DNA from: Obrimoposthia wandeli
Lineage: Eukaryota
Length of the DNA: 64,000 bases
Direction: 5' to 3'
NCBI GenBank assembly: GCA_977020255.1
Contig: CDROCS010001915.1
Span: 124,001 to 188,000, forward strand
Below, piece after piece: positions 13,122 to 23,566 of the stretch (position 1 is its first letter; each line of letters starts with the position of its first letter). The translations under genes and the position numbers were made by a program. Below the pieces are notes generated by a model. That model was given only the letters and a program-made list of their open reading frames with translations. It was not told the origin of the DNA and made no database searches.

Positions 13122-13384
13122 CTAGAAGATGGTCTTCTTACCACGTTGCTGGAAATGGCGAAGATGGGTGCGATGACGCGCCACAAACTCCACCCAATCA
13201 ATGTCCTCCGCGGAGAGACATACTGGACAGACGTAGAAGAGTTGTCCATTGAACTTTTGTCCAAAGTAGCTCTTCATTTTCCAATCACATTGCTTGTGAC
13301 TTTCCTCAAAGCATAATTGTTTATTCATGTTGCAATTCTAGAAAAATATTAAAATTATCAGAAAAATATCAATAAACTTACCAT
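13122..13384 (-). CDS. Maverick small Zn-ribbon protein/exon, ATG plus 44-nt intron
   Basis: ATG at 13384, intron 13338..13381 (GT..AG), then NCNMNKQLC..H..CDW....G.LFYVCPVC. Copies at 52256..52518 (-) and 60113..60375 (+); homologue at 32028..32295. Confidence 0.6.
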
Positions 13385-13569
13385 TTTTAATTTCATTTAT
13401 AATAGAGAGTTATTTGTTGATTGATGCTTGCTTATATACTATTTTCAAACTAGTATTAAGCCAATCAGATTCATTCATTATTTAAACCAACCAGATTCAT
13501 TTATTATTTAAAACAAATCAGAATTGAAAATATTTTACTGATTAATGTAAGTAGTTCATTTTTCATTAA

Positions 13570-14045
13570 TATTTAAATAATCCAAACTAGCTGCAAAGCA
13601 TTTCTTGTATGCACAATGCTCTCCATGTGTTTAATATATGGACAATTGATATTTGATGAATTTAATTGTTTTAATGTTTTCGAATAATTTATCACTAAAT
13701 TCAGGAAAATATTTATTGATTGTCTTTATTTTAGCTCCATTATATTCATCCAAAACAAAGAAAATTGATTTGGATACATCACAGCAACGTTTTATTTCCT
13801 CAGTTATTTCTTGTATCTTGAAATAACTATTACCATCAACTAGTTTTAGTCGATGGTAATGCTTAATGAGATATCTAATTAATTTTCTTGATTTTCTATT
13901 CATCATGCCCAATATAGGTTGCATTTTAAAAACATAATGTTTAGGATAGAAGATTGCATCCACATCCATTATACATAGTTCTTTTATTACAAATTCAGTA
14001 TTATTATCAATAAAAGCTTCAAAATCAATAAAATAAACAAAATTT
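13570..14045 (-). pseudogene. Maverick DEDD/DnaQ-like accessory gene, damaged copy
   Basis: Paralogue of the intact ORFs 52690..53178 and 59453..59941. Start codon lost and frameshift near the 3' end here. Confidence 0.75.
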
Positions 14046-14075
14046 TTTTATAGCAATAATTTTATTTGATATTGT

Positions 14076-14459
14076 TTATATATATTGTTTATGCTTTAAC
14101 CAAAGCAGACAGAGTTGTCCACATGACTGTGTTAAAACATTTTGATAATGTTTCTTACTAAAATGTACTTTCTTTCCAGAGTCAAGTACTGTAGATACTA
14201 ATTTAGAAGGGTAATATATCCCAAAGGGGTCAAAAACAAAGATTTCATTTTCTTAAACATGTATTGCAATCCAATGTTCACCACACAAATTAGATGAATG
14301 TGTATTGATTACATATCCACCTAAACAAGTCAAAGAGGGGATATGATCAAGACTGTAGACTCCATTGAAACGCGAACCGAGTAGTTTTCTTCCGCTTTTT
14401 GTTATCTCGTCCGAACTAGATTATATATTAATTAATAAATTCAAACTGACTTACTTCAT
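14076..14459 (-). pseudogene. Maverick adenain-like cysteine protease with 39-nt intron
   Basis: Spliced MNSDEITKSGRKLLGSRFNGVYSLDHIP..INTH..CGEHWIAIHV*ENEIFVFDPFG..YQ..TQSCGQLC. His/Asp/Cys triad present; one in-frame stop. Confidence 0.85.
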
Positions 14460-14488
14460 TTATATATTCTTTATTTTTTTCATTCTGT

Positions 14489-15031
14489 TTATACTAGTAC
14501 TGTTCCTCCCTTGGTAATTTGAACATCAGAATCGAATACTCCATAGATAATAATATTAGTAGGATGTTCAATTGCTTTTGAAAACTTGATTTCTACTTTC
14601 AAATTTCCCTGTTTAGGGATTTGAGCTTGATTAATATCGAAATCAGGAGAGAGAACAAATGTGAACAGTGTATATTTGTCCTTGAAATCAGTCATTGAAA
14701 TTCCAATATTAGCATCCTTATCCAAATGACCAAGATTTCTAATTAAAGATTGCACATAAGAAAACGCATAATCATTATTTTCTAAGTCATTCGTATAAGA
14801 TTCTTGATAATTAATATTTCGTGCAAGTTTAATTGAACTCACATTCATGTGTCCAAATTGAGAAACCTCATTTTTAGACTCACCTCCATAGGTAGAAGTG
14901 TTTTGGAAAGCAATTAAAACTAAGTTTGGAAGTTGCATAAAAACCAAAATTCTGATCCTTGTAATAATATAGTGCTCCCGTAGGGATAGCGTGAGAAACA
15001 AGATTATTTTTTCTAATAGGATAACATGCAT
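14489..15031 (-). pseudogene. Maverick major capsid protein, C-terminal fragment
   Basis: LVLIAF..YGG..FGHMNVSSIKL and FTFVLSPDF..GNLKVEIKFSKAIEHPTNIIIYGVFDSDVQI are typical Polinton double-jelly-roll MCP C-terminal motifs; lies directly upstream of the protease. Confidence 0.8.
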
Positions 15032-15181
15032 TTGGCTTCTCCAACCCTATTAGATGTGTAACGAGTAGCTGACATTATAGCTGACATGATTTGCAAACTG
15101 CTCGTTTTTGGATGAGACGAAATGGGTTAAGTTGAAAATAGAACAATTGCACAATAAACCCGTTAAATTATTAATTCTACT

Positions 15182-16090
15182 GTTTTTTTCTGAGTTAGAT
15201 GAGAATTTTTAGGCATTTTGAATTTCTGAAAGTTAATCTTTATGACCACGCAGGGTTCTAATAGGATTAGTTTTAGGCAGTTCTGTAATTCTCTGGAGTT
15301 GTTTCCTCACTTTCTGGTCATAGGCGTATTTTGTTTCTCCATTAGAACATCTGTCAGTTATGAATCTGTCGTATGAGATGTTGTGACCCACTTCTTCATA
15401 CTAGTATAATTACATTATTTGGTCAATTTATAATTGGTTTCTAAACTAAAAAAAATCAGTTGTTATTTTTATTTTCTTTATGGCACCTAGAACAGTTATA
15501 TATCATAGGTTTTGTTACATGAATTTACTTGGCAATTTGTTACAGTTAAAATCTACCATATACAGGGACTACTCATTTCTCATTATTCTATATTATTATA
15601 ATGTATGATACATTTTTACTCCAGTTTTATTAATAAATTCGTTTTTCTGAGTTAGATGAGAATTTTTAGGCATTTTGAATTTCTGAAAGTTAATCTTTAT
15701 GACCACGCAGGGTTCTAATAGGATTAGTTTTAGGCAGTTCTGTAATTCTCTGGAGTTGTTTCCTCACTTTCTGGTCATAGGCGTATTTTGTTTCTCCATT
15801 AGAACATCTGTCAGTTATGAATCTGTCGTATGAGATGTTGTGACCCACTTCTTCATACTAGTATAATTACATTATTTGGTCAATTTATAATTGGTTTCTA
15901 AACTAAAAAAAATCAGTTGTTATTTTTATTTTCTTTATGGCACCTAGAACAGTTATATATCATAGGTTTTGTTACATGAATTTACTTGGCAATTTGTTAC
16001 AGTTAAAATCTACCATATACAGGGACTACTCATTTCTCATTATTCTATATTATTATAATGTATGATACATTTTTACTCCAGTTTTCTAAA
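15182..16090. repeat. Tandem duplication, about 459-bp unit x2
   Basis: gttttttctgagttagatgag starts at about 15182 and again at about 15641; units nearly identical. Confidence 0.92.
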
Positions 16091-16295
16091 TAAATTCATT
16101 TTTTATTATTATGTCATTCTTAGATTGAGAATCGTTAATTTAAAGTGGTTGGATATATGAAAGGAAAATTAGTTCTTAATCGTTTTTTAATTAAATGAAT
16201 ACGCTTGATCTCATTTCCTCATTAAATATGATATTATTAAAGCCTGTCAAAGAAGAGATACTAGAATCTTTACTAAATAATATATTACAAATGCC

Positions 16296-16560
16296 TCAGA
16301 TTGGAATACCCTGGGATTCCTGGCATGGGCAGCGGATTGTCTGATCTGGATAAATATTTTTGTTGAAGCATACATAACATAGCGAGTGTTCACAGCCATT
16401 TATCTCTTCGTTTGGAGCCTCTTTTATTAACTGCTTCTTGCAGCAAATGTAGAGGTTCACTCTGGAACAGCTGAAGAGATTATTCTTCGTCTTTGAGGTT
16501 AAATTTAATAGCAAGTTTCTTGTTAATATACAACCTCTGAGCGTTTGCATTAAATCTAAA
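16296..16560 (-). pseudogene. C-terminal RING fragment, paralogue of 38225..38484
   Basis: CICCKKQLIKEAPNEEINGCEHSLCYVCFNKNIYPDQTIRCPC. Nucleotide homology to the 38-kb copy continues through the 3' flank. Confidence 0.8.
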
Positions 16561-17774
16561 TAAAGCAAAATAAAGTTAAATGACATACAAACTCACCTGA
16601 CCAAATAAATACATATCAATCTAAGATTCAAAACCTTCAAACAGGGGCACAAAAACCGCTCACGAACATATTTTTTATTAACAAAATGTTCTTATTAAAT
16701 TAAAACATAAATCTATAATCAATATTAAAATTTTTCTTCATATATTACAAACATAAATGAATTCTAAATGATCATATTTTAAATGAAATATTTTGATTTC
16801 TTAAATAAGCAAAGAAGTGAGGTCTGGTAGTATTCAAAAAGCACGACGAAAAGTAAAATTAGGAACATGTAATATTTGATCATATATTTCGATGTAGAAA
16901 TTCTATGGACTAAATTTGTATGATTAAAAATCGAATGTCTGTTTTGTTTATTTATTATTATTTTTATGGCGTTTTTCCATTATAGAAATTCTTCTGTGTA
17001 TTTTTTTTTAGTTTCCATTCTAATTTATGTCTAAACAATTATTCGATTTTTGCTGTAAAAACCTCAGCCGCGAATGCATTTTACTATTTCATTTTTGCAC
17101 AAAATATTATAAAAAAAACTAAAGATTATTCCATTTTTATTATATTAATAGTTTTGGCCATTATTTCTTGTTTACATTTTTTATGTTTCGAACTCAATGG
17201 CGTATTTGTCCAATGGTTGCTAATGCTCTATCAACAACTCCGTTTGTCATTTTAACGTTTAATTTGTGTCGTTGCATGTATTGGTGTTTTTAAATAAATG
17301 TTTTTAATTAATGTTTAAATTAAGTTTTTAAAGTTTTATAAAAAGTTTAAAATATTTTCGAAAAACACAATTTAAATAGCAAATTAGATATCAAGCTCAC
17401 AAAGGTTACGTCGAGGGAAATACGCTGCGATTTATTGATTCCGAACTTAGAGATTGGTTGTCTAATCTCGTGAGTTTCAATTTCGTTCAAATTTGAGTTT
17501 CACAATTCTGTGATTTGCAGCTCGTGTGTCAAAAGTCGTTCTGCAATAATTTTATTGAAATTTCTTCAGTGGCTTCTCAGAATTCTAACAAATTTTGTCA
17601 TGAGAATAAAAGTGATTCTTTGTGAATAAATTTAATAAATTTATATTGTCATTGAGATTATTGAGCAACGGTATGGTGAACCGCTTCTTACAAGGCCAAG
17701 AGAGAATGTCCAAATGAATGACCACAGCGGAGTCATGCAGATTTGAAGTTATGGAGAGGATGAAGTGTCACTGT

Positions 17775-18491
17775 CTAGTTGCAGAAGCACTTCACAATTA
17801 TGGCGTCATTCCTCAGCATGGACTCATTGTCATTGAGGACTGTCCAGGAAATGTAATTCTCATAGCTGAGATCGACATTTGTCTCTATTGTGGATTTCTT
17901 ACCACTATCAGTATCAAGCTCAAATGTGGTGCGAGTCGTGTGGCTCTGTCCAGTGTCGATATTGAGCACCTGCAGGGTGAACCGCTTCTTACACGGCCAA
18001 GAGAGAATGTCGTCATTGGGGCCCACAATCTGCCGTAGTCTGGAAAAACCTAGTATGTCACTTTTAGCCTATTGTGAGGAAAACGAACAAACCTAAACAC
18101 ATGTCGGATGAAGTGGTCGACTTGCTAGGTTTTTCCAGCCTACGTACTCGCGCACCGATCAGAATTTTTGCATGGTATTTGTAGTAAATGAAGTGGAAAA
18201 ACCTAGTAAGTCAGAAAGTGGGTCAAACTAAATTTTGAAAAATACTGACTTGCTAGGTTTTTCCAGACTACGACAGCAATGCGCACACGTAAACTAATTA
18301 GCTCCATTAGCGCTCCCAGTACCATCCGAATACATCTGGAGACGGAGTTTGTACCCGTTCCTGTGGCTGTAGATTGGAGTACTGTGTATGAAGTGCATTT
18401 TATAAAAATAAATATTAAACCTAAACTGCCAGATATCAATCAACATAAAACACCGAGTACCATCAACAATGTCTCCAAGAAACTTCTCCAT
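17775..18491 (-). pseudogene. TRAF-type MATH domain split by a MITE
   Basis: FIHSTPIYSHRNGYKLRLQMYSDGTGSANG, then ISLRVRI|VGPNDDILSWPCKKRFTLQVL (one frameshift just upstream). Removing 18030..18276 plus one TSD joins the halves in frame. Confidence 0.75.
18030..18276. mobile_element. MITE, 247 bp, 4-bp TSD CAAT
   Basis: TIR ctg(c/t)cgtagtctggaaaaacctag at both ends; caat at 18026..18029 and 18277..18280; two further internal copies of the TIR motif. Confidence 0.85.
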
Positions 18492-18739
18492 CTCAATGAG
18501 TTCTGTTTCTCACGATTAAAAAAATATTATACTAGACAATTCTCGTGCGATGTATTGCTTCAAAATGATCTTTCGACCGGCCTTTCCCTCTCGTAAAACT
18601 GGTCCTCTGTTGACCGCGTCCGGTTCGTCGGTGACCTCAGGACCCTCCTCTTCTTCATCTTCTCCTCGTGATCTGATCTCGTCATCAGCTTCGTCCAGGT
18701 CCATAGGCCAGTCATTGTCGTGCGGTTCCTAGAGAGTTG

Positions 18740-19480
18740 CTCCGTCTTGCTTCCATGCGTCGAGCTCGTTTATTGGTTCCACAGCATCAAGATATCAATG
18801 TGCTTGAAGTCCACGAAATCTCGACGTAAAAGTGCTGGCGTGGTGAAAATGCCATATCTCGCACGTCAATTAAATGTTTGAGTTAACGGCTTTCTTGGAA
18901 ATTTTCTTGATGACATTCTTGAAGCCGAGAAGTCGTAGAATCTTCTCGTTTCAATGCATCAACTTCCTAGGCTGCCAACCGTGCAGGTGTCCAGGAACAC
19001 CGCAGTCTTGGCCTCCTTGATTAGTCCAGCATATTTCTACTCGTTTCACGTACGATACACAGAGATTATTTTCCCGGTCATAAGGCGTTTTGATGTCTAA
19101 AACAACGAATCGCCTCCTGAGTCTGTCCACTATCTGGATGTAAGCCCGGAGGTCTGTATTGGAGTAGATGCAGGTCTTTTCCACGCGCAATTTGAATTCG
19201 TTGTAACGTTTTAGTCAACAATCAGGTTCTGAACTGCAATGTTGTGATCACAGTAATTGAGAGCGTGATGTTGTGTCCCCCTGGTAGCTGTACAGTTTCT
19301 ACAAACTCGGAGTTCTGAAGATCTACAGGACTTGTCATTAACTGAGAGACAATTTGTTCTGGCACGGTTAATGAAAGAAAAACTTGTGCAAATAACTGAC
19401 CTTAGCACCTTACTCATCAAACGGCGACTAAGATTGCATTCATTACAAACCATACCCATAAATGTACCACAAATATTATA
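18740..19480 (-). mobile_element. 3' fragment of an RLE-type non-LTR retrotransposon (R2/R4/NeSL-like)
   Basis: CRNC..T.GTQHHALNYC (CCHC knuckle), then DLRAYIQIV (degenerate PD), VVLDIKTPY and KRVEKY, the PD-(D/E)xK endonuclease layout. Confidence 0.75.
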
Positions 19481-20473
19481 ATGATCGTGAACATAATAGG
19501 GTTGTTTCTTGCATAAGTAGCATTAAAATTCATACATTGCATTTTTTTCGCATAAGTTTAACAATTCATTAAAAATAAAAAAAACGTAATTTAATTTTAT
19601 TAATATATTTATTATTATTAAACTTGCAACTACAACGATAAAATATGTAAATAGTATGTAAATATGTAAACGACATATTCTCCCTTATTGTAGGAAGCTT
19701 ATCGAAAGGGTATTCACTAGTTTTATGACAAATCTTTAAAGGAATTTCTAATATATTATTTATGAAATAAATAGTATTTAAGAAACGATTTTTTAAATTA
19801 TACATGACAAATTATATCAAACAAATTTAAATGTAAAACGTTGATAAACCGAATTCAAGTAATAGTTTAGTTCAATTTTGTAGTAATTCTAGTAGCAAAC
19901 CAAGTTATTTGTCTGTCAATAATTATACAGAGATTTTCTAGTGCAATAACATCCAACTAATCGACAAATAAAGCGTCATATGTGTGTGTTGGGGTTTCTA
20001 TATGAAACTGTGTTCTAATATAGATCCTCTTTAGTGGAGGGCCCCAACGTGAGTTCTATAGAAGCAGGACTTGTAGATGGTTGTGGCCTACTTAATGTTA
20101 TGCTTGCCTGTCTCAATTCCTATCTGAAGGTTTGTTGCTTTGTCTTAATCTGAAGGGTTTATAACACGCTTTCTAGTTGTAGGAAATCGTTTACTATTAA
20201 GCATATTAAACTAACACGAATGAACACGTCTAAGTACGTTCTAAAAATTCCTAAAACTTCTGTAAGTCTCTACACAAGTGGGGATGAACCACGTATCGAT
20301 TTTATTTTTAGGGTGGGTTGGTCACTAGAGTCTGTACTCTCAACTGTGACAAGGTAAATTAGTAAGTCTTCTGGAGGGCTGATTGTTCTAAATTTACGAA
20401 ATGAGTTTAGAAAGCTTATTGCTCTAAAATGTGGGCACAGTCGTTTGTTAATTATTTGTAGAGTACTCACTCT

Positions 20474-20627
20474 AAATTTATCTTCAAAATTGTTAAGCAA
20501 AATCTTTACTCAATTTATCTTCAAAATTGTTATGCAAAATCTTTACTCAAAATATTCTTCAAAATTGTTGTGCAAAATCTTTACTCAAAATTATCTTCAA
20601 AAGTGGTTATGAAAAATCTTTACTCAA
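20474..20627. repeat. 37/38-bp tandem repeat x4 within the LTR
   Basis: atttatcttcaaaattgttatgcaaaatctttactca units read directly. Confidence 0.9.
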
Positions 20628-20659
20628 TGCAAACTTTACCTCTTATTTCAATAATCAAA

Positions 20660-20972
20660 ATGCGAGTTATAACTTTATCAATTCAAAACTTGCAAAACTT
20701 TTATAAATTATTTATATAGAACAAAATGTCAGTTATAACTTTATCAATTCAAACTCGCAAAACTTTTATCAATTATTTATATAGAACAAAATGTCAGTTA
20801 TAATTTTATCAATTCAAAACCTGCAAAACTTTTATCAATTATTTATATCGAACAAAATGTCAGTTATAACTTTATCAATTCAAAACTTGCAAAACTTTTA
20901 TCAATTATTTATATAGAACAAAATGTCAGTTATAACTTTATCAATTCAAAACCTGCAAAACCTTTATCAATT
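20660..20972. repeat. 65/66-bp tandem repeat, about 4.7 units, within the LTR
   Basis: agttataact starts at 20665, 20731, 20796, 20862 and 20928. Confidence 0.92.
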
Positions 20973-23509
20973 TATCACTGAATTTAATAATAGTGACTCA
21001 AAAATTCCTTTTAAATTGTTTCGGCTCACCTTCCAATCTGCAGACAAATTCCAAGAAGACAAATTCCAAATTGTTCCGATGAACTCGCTGTGCTGCTCCT
21101 AATTGTCGCTCTGCGCAAGATCCCGTGCTCTTTTTCTGTTCCGAGTGAATAGCTGGGCTATTCTGAGTTGTGGTCCTGCGAACTCGGCTTGGCTGGAGGC
21201 TACACTGATTTTCTGCGAGATCTGTTTTAATTTGGTTGAATTGTTTCGACTCTCTCTTACCTTGCTGTCGATTCCTGCTGCTCGATTAATCTGCTTCTTT
21301 CGTGCTCGGAATTAATCTACGAGTCTTTGATATTGTTCTGGCGCGATACTGACTGCTATATTTTTAATTCCTATAATACTGTAGACTTAATTATTTCTTG
21401 TTGGTGTGTATTTCTTCACGTGGATTTGGTGACGTCGCTTGTCACTCAATTCTTCTCTCTGCTTCTCAGTCCTGAAATTAGTCACTCAATCGAGTCAATT
21501 TCCAGTAACACTCACCTCAGGGAAACGGCTGTTGGCAATTGGTGACGTGGCTGGCTACGTGGAATCTAGTTTTCTGCTTAATTGAATAGTGACAAGATTT
21601 TTTCTTAATTGTAATTTTTTTTGGCTTCTTCGTAATTCTTTGGGCCCTTTTGTAATTCAAACTCTCCTATATATAACCCACGCTTACACATGACCTTCGT
21701 GGTCTTAATATTTTCCCACTACTTTTATTTTTATGAATTTAATTCTTATAATTAATTTATCCTAATTTATAACCTTGCTTTCAAGGATTTTTATTTCAAT
21801 ATAAATAGTTTAATTATTTTAATTAAATTTAAAACCTAATCTTAACATGTGTAATACACTCTGGGGGGAAGGAATATATGTTGATTGCCCATCCCAATCA
21901 AGTGTTTGTCGAACAGTGATGAAAATCAACAGAACGTTAAAAGAAATACTTAATATCGGTAAACAATTTTGCTTACGCTTCGATGGTAAAAGATTAAATA
22001 AAGAATTGGTAGTTACAACGGATATCTCTTGTTAATCTGATATATGCTTTTGATGCATGGTTGTTGATAAAGATTGATTCACCTCTAATCTATACATTTT
22101 ACTTTCATTTTCATATATTCAATCTTTATCTTGGTTAATTGACAATTTTAAGTTGTATAATGAATTAAGTATTATACTAAACCAGTGAAATTGATTTTCA
22201 TGTAAATAACAATTTAGATATTAATTATAAAAAATCAATATACTTGAAATGATTGACCAAGTATTTAAGTTCGACAATTATCACCTTCCCGTTTAAAAAT
22301 CATTAACACATAATGCTTTTTCTGAGGGCACAGAACAACTCCTTTTCGTATATGCAATCTATTTGTAGTTTCATTTATAATTTATATAAATTGACTTTTC
22401 AATATATACAGTTTGATTTTTTTAAATCATTTTGTAAATTTCGCTTTGTGATTGATTTCTTACATCCCATTAATCGACAACTCCTTAACAAAAATTATAT
22501 GTTTTAAAGAATTGTATACCTGATTTGAAAATAACCAAAGTATAATCTGCATACTTTTCTATATATTGACAATGATTTTTAAAATGTTAGTTTGTTGTGT
22601 TTTTTCTAATGTTCTTTTAATATGGTTCTTTGAAGGTGATTCTTCAAAGATGGTTATTTCAAAGTTTACCTTCAAGGATCAGTCTTTAAAAAATAAAATT
22701 TTCTACTTTTTAAAGTTATATATGATAGGCCTTGTCAGACTTTCAAGCACCAAACCTTCAAGGGTCAAAATCTTTCAAAAAATTATTCTTCAAAAATGTT
22801 TACCTTTAACATTTTGTTAACTTTAAAGGACACTGATAATAATAACTAAATTGTATTGACAAATAAACAATTGAGACATTTAATTATCTTGGAAATATTA
22901 GTTTATTGGGTAACACTTGTTATTTCTACCTGAACTGCTCTGATAATCAAATGGAAAATTGGTGAATTTGTATTATTGTTTCCAATGAAAATAATATGGT
23001 ATATAAATGTTTTTCCTTGAATCACTAAATGTCAATTAATAATATTGTTTAAAATAAATTCTGAAATATTGTGCAATTTTTTTCTGCATTTTTGTTTATA
23101 TCTAGATCATTTTATTGATCAACTATTTCGAGCACTCCGATTGGTGTATATCAGCAGTAAGAAGACAAATACGGAGATAGGTACAAACTGCATGCATCCC
23201 ACAAACACAGAAAGAAAACAAGACACACACACAAAGAGCAGAGACACCAGTAGCATTTAGGCAGAGAGATGGAGAGAGAAAAAATTGATAGAGGACACAC
23301 GCACACAGCAGTCTCTGTCATCTTCCCGATTGGTAGGCTGTCTGACAATCCAGCCCATCTGCTGTCATGATAACTGCAGAGTTTGAGAGAGTAACAGCGC
23401 CTAGATAAGAGGGAGACTGAAAGATGAGAAATGGGATAGAATAATCTGAACCTATCAATTTTATCTCTGATTTCGCAACAAAAAAAACCACCGCGAAGTC
23501 AGAGATAAC

Positions 23510-23566
23510 TGCCGTTCCCCTGACGAGCCCGGCAGGGCGAAACCGGTTATAAACCGGTCAGGAACT
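23510..23566 (+). ncRNA. Type I hammerhead ribozyme
   Basis: GTTCC-C / CTGACGA / GCCC-GGCA-GGGC / GAA / ACCGGTT-ATA-AACCGGT / C / A-GGAAC. Full core and three stems; predicted cleavage after GTC at 23559; C-A mismatch at the first pair of stem I. Confidence 0.88.

Larger units (their letters stand above)
1..16547 (+). repeat. Chimeric cassette, copy 1 (segmental duplication of 43524..54450)
   Basis: Base 1 (agcaaaactcacaaag) matches 43524. Collinear through the LTR, gypsy fragment, PHD exons, ABCF fragment and Maverick genes, with indels. About 5640..12500 (MULE + hAT) is absent from copy 2 and is flanked by direct repeats of the PHD/Ulp1 exons. Confidence 0.9.
19987..21847 (-). mobile_element. 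Solo-LTR-like element, 1861 bp, TSD TGTG
   Basis: Reverse complement begins tgttaagattagg and ends aaccccaaca, the same termini as 44821..46520. tgtg at 19983..19986 and 21848..21851. Confidence 0.88.
19880..22035 (+). pseudogene. DNA-transposase remnant interrupted by the solo LTR
   Basis: Removing the LTR and one TSD gives in-frame STNKASYVCNTLWGEGIYVDCPSQSSVCR...FCLRFDGKRLN, resembling HxDGK-motif transposases. Superfamily uncertain. Confidence 0.5.

Noticed and set aside
16900-17650. Possible degraded transposase
   Set aside because: Multiple stops in all frames and no diagnostic motif.
18516-18732. Acidic 62-aa ORF between the RLE fragment and the TRAF fragment
   Set aside because: Low complexity with no recognisable domain; cannot be assigned to either neighbour.
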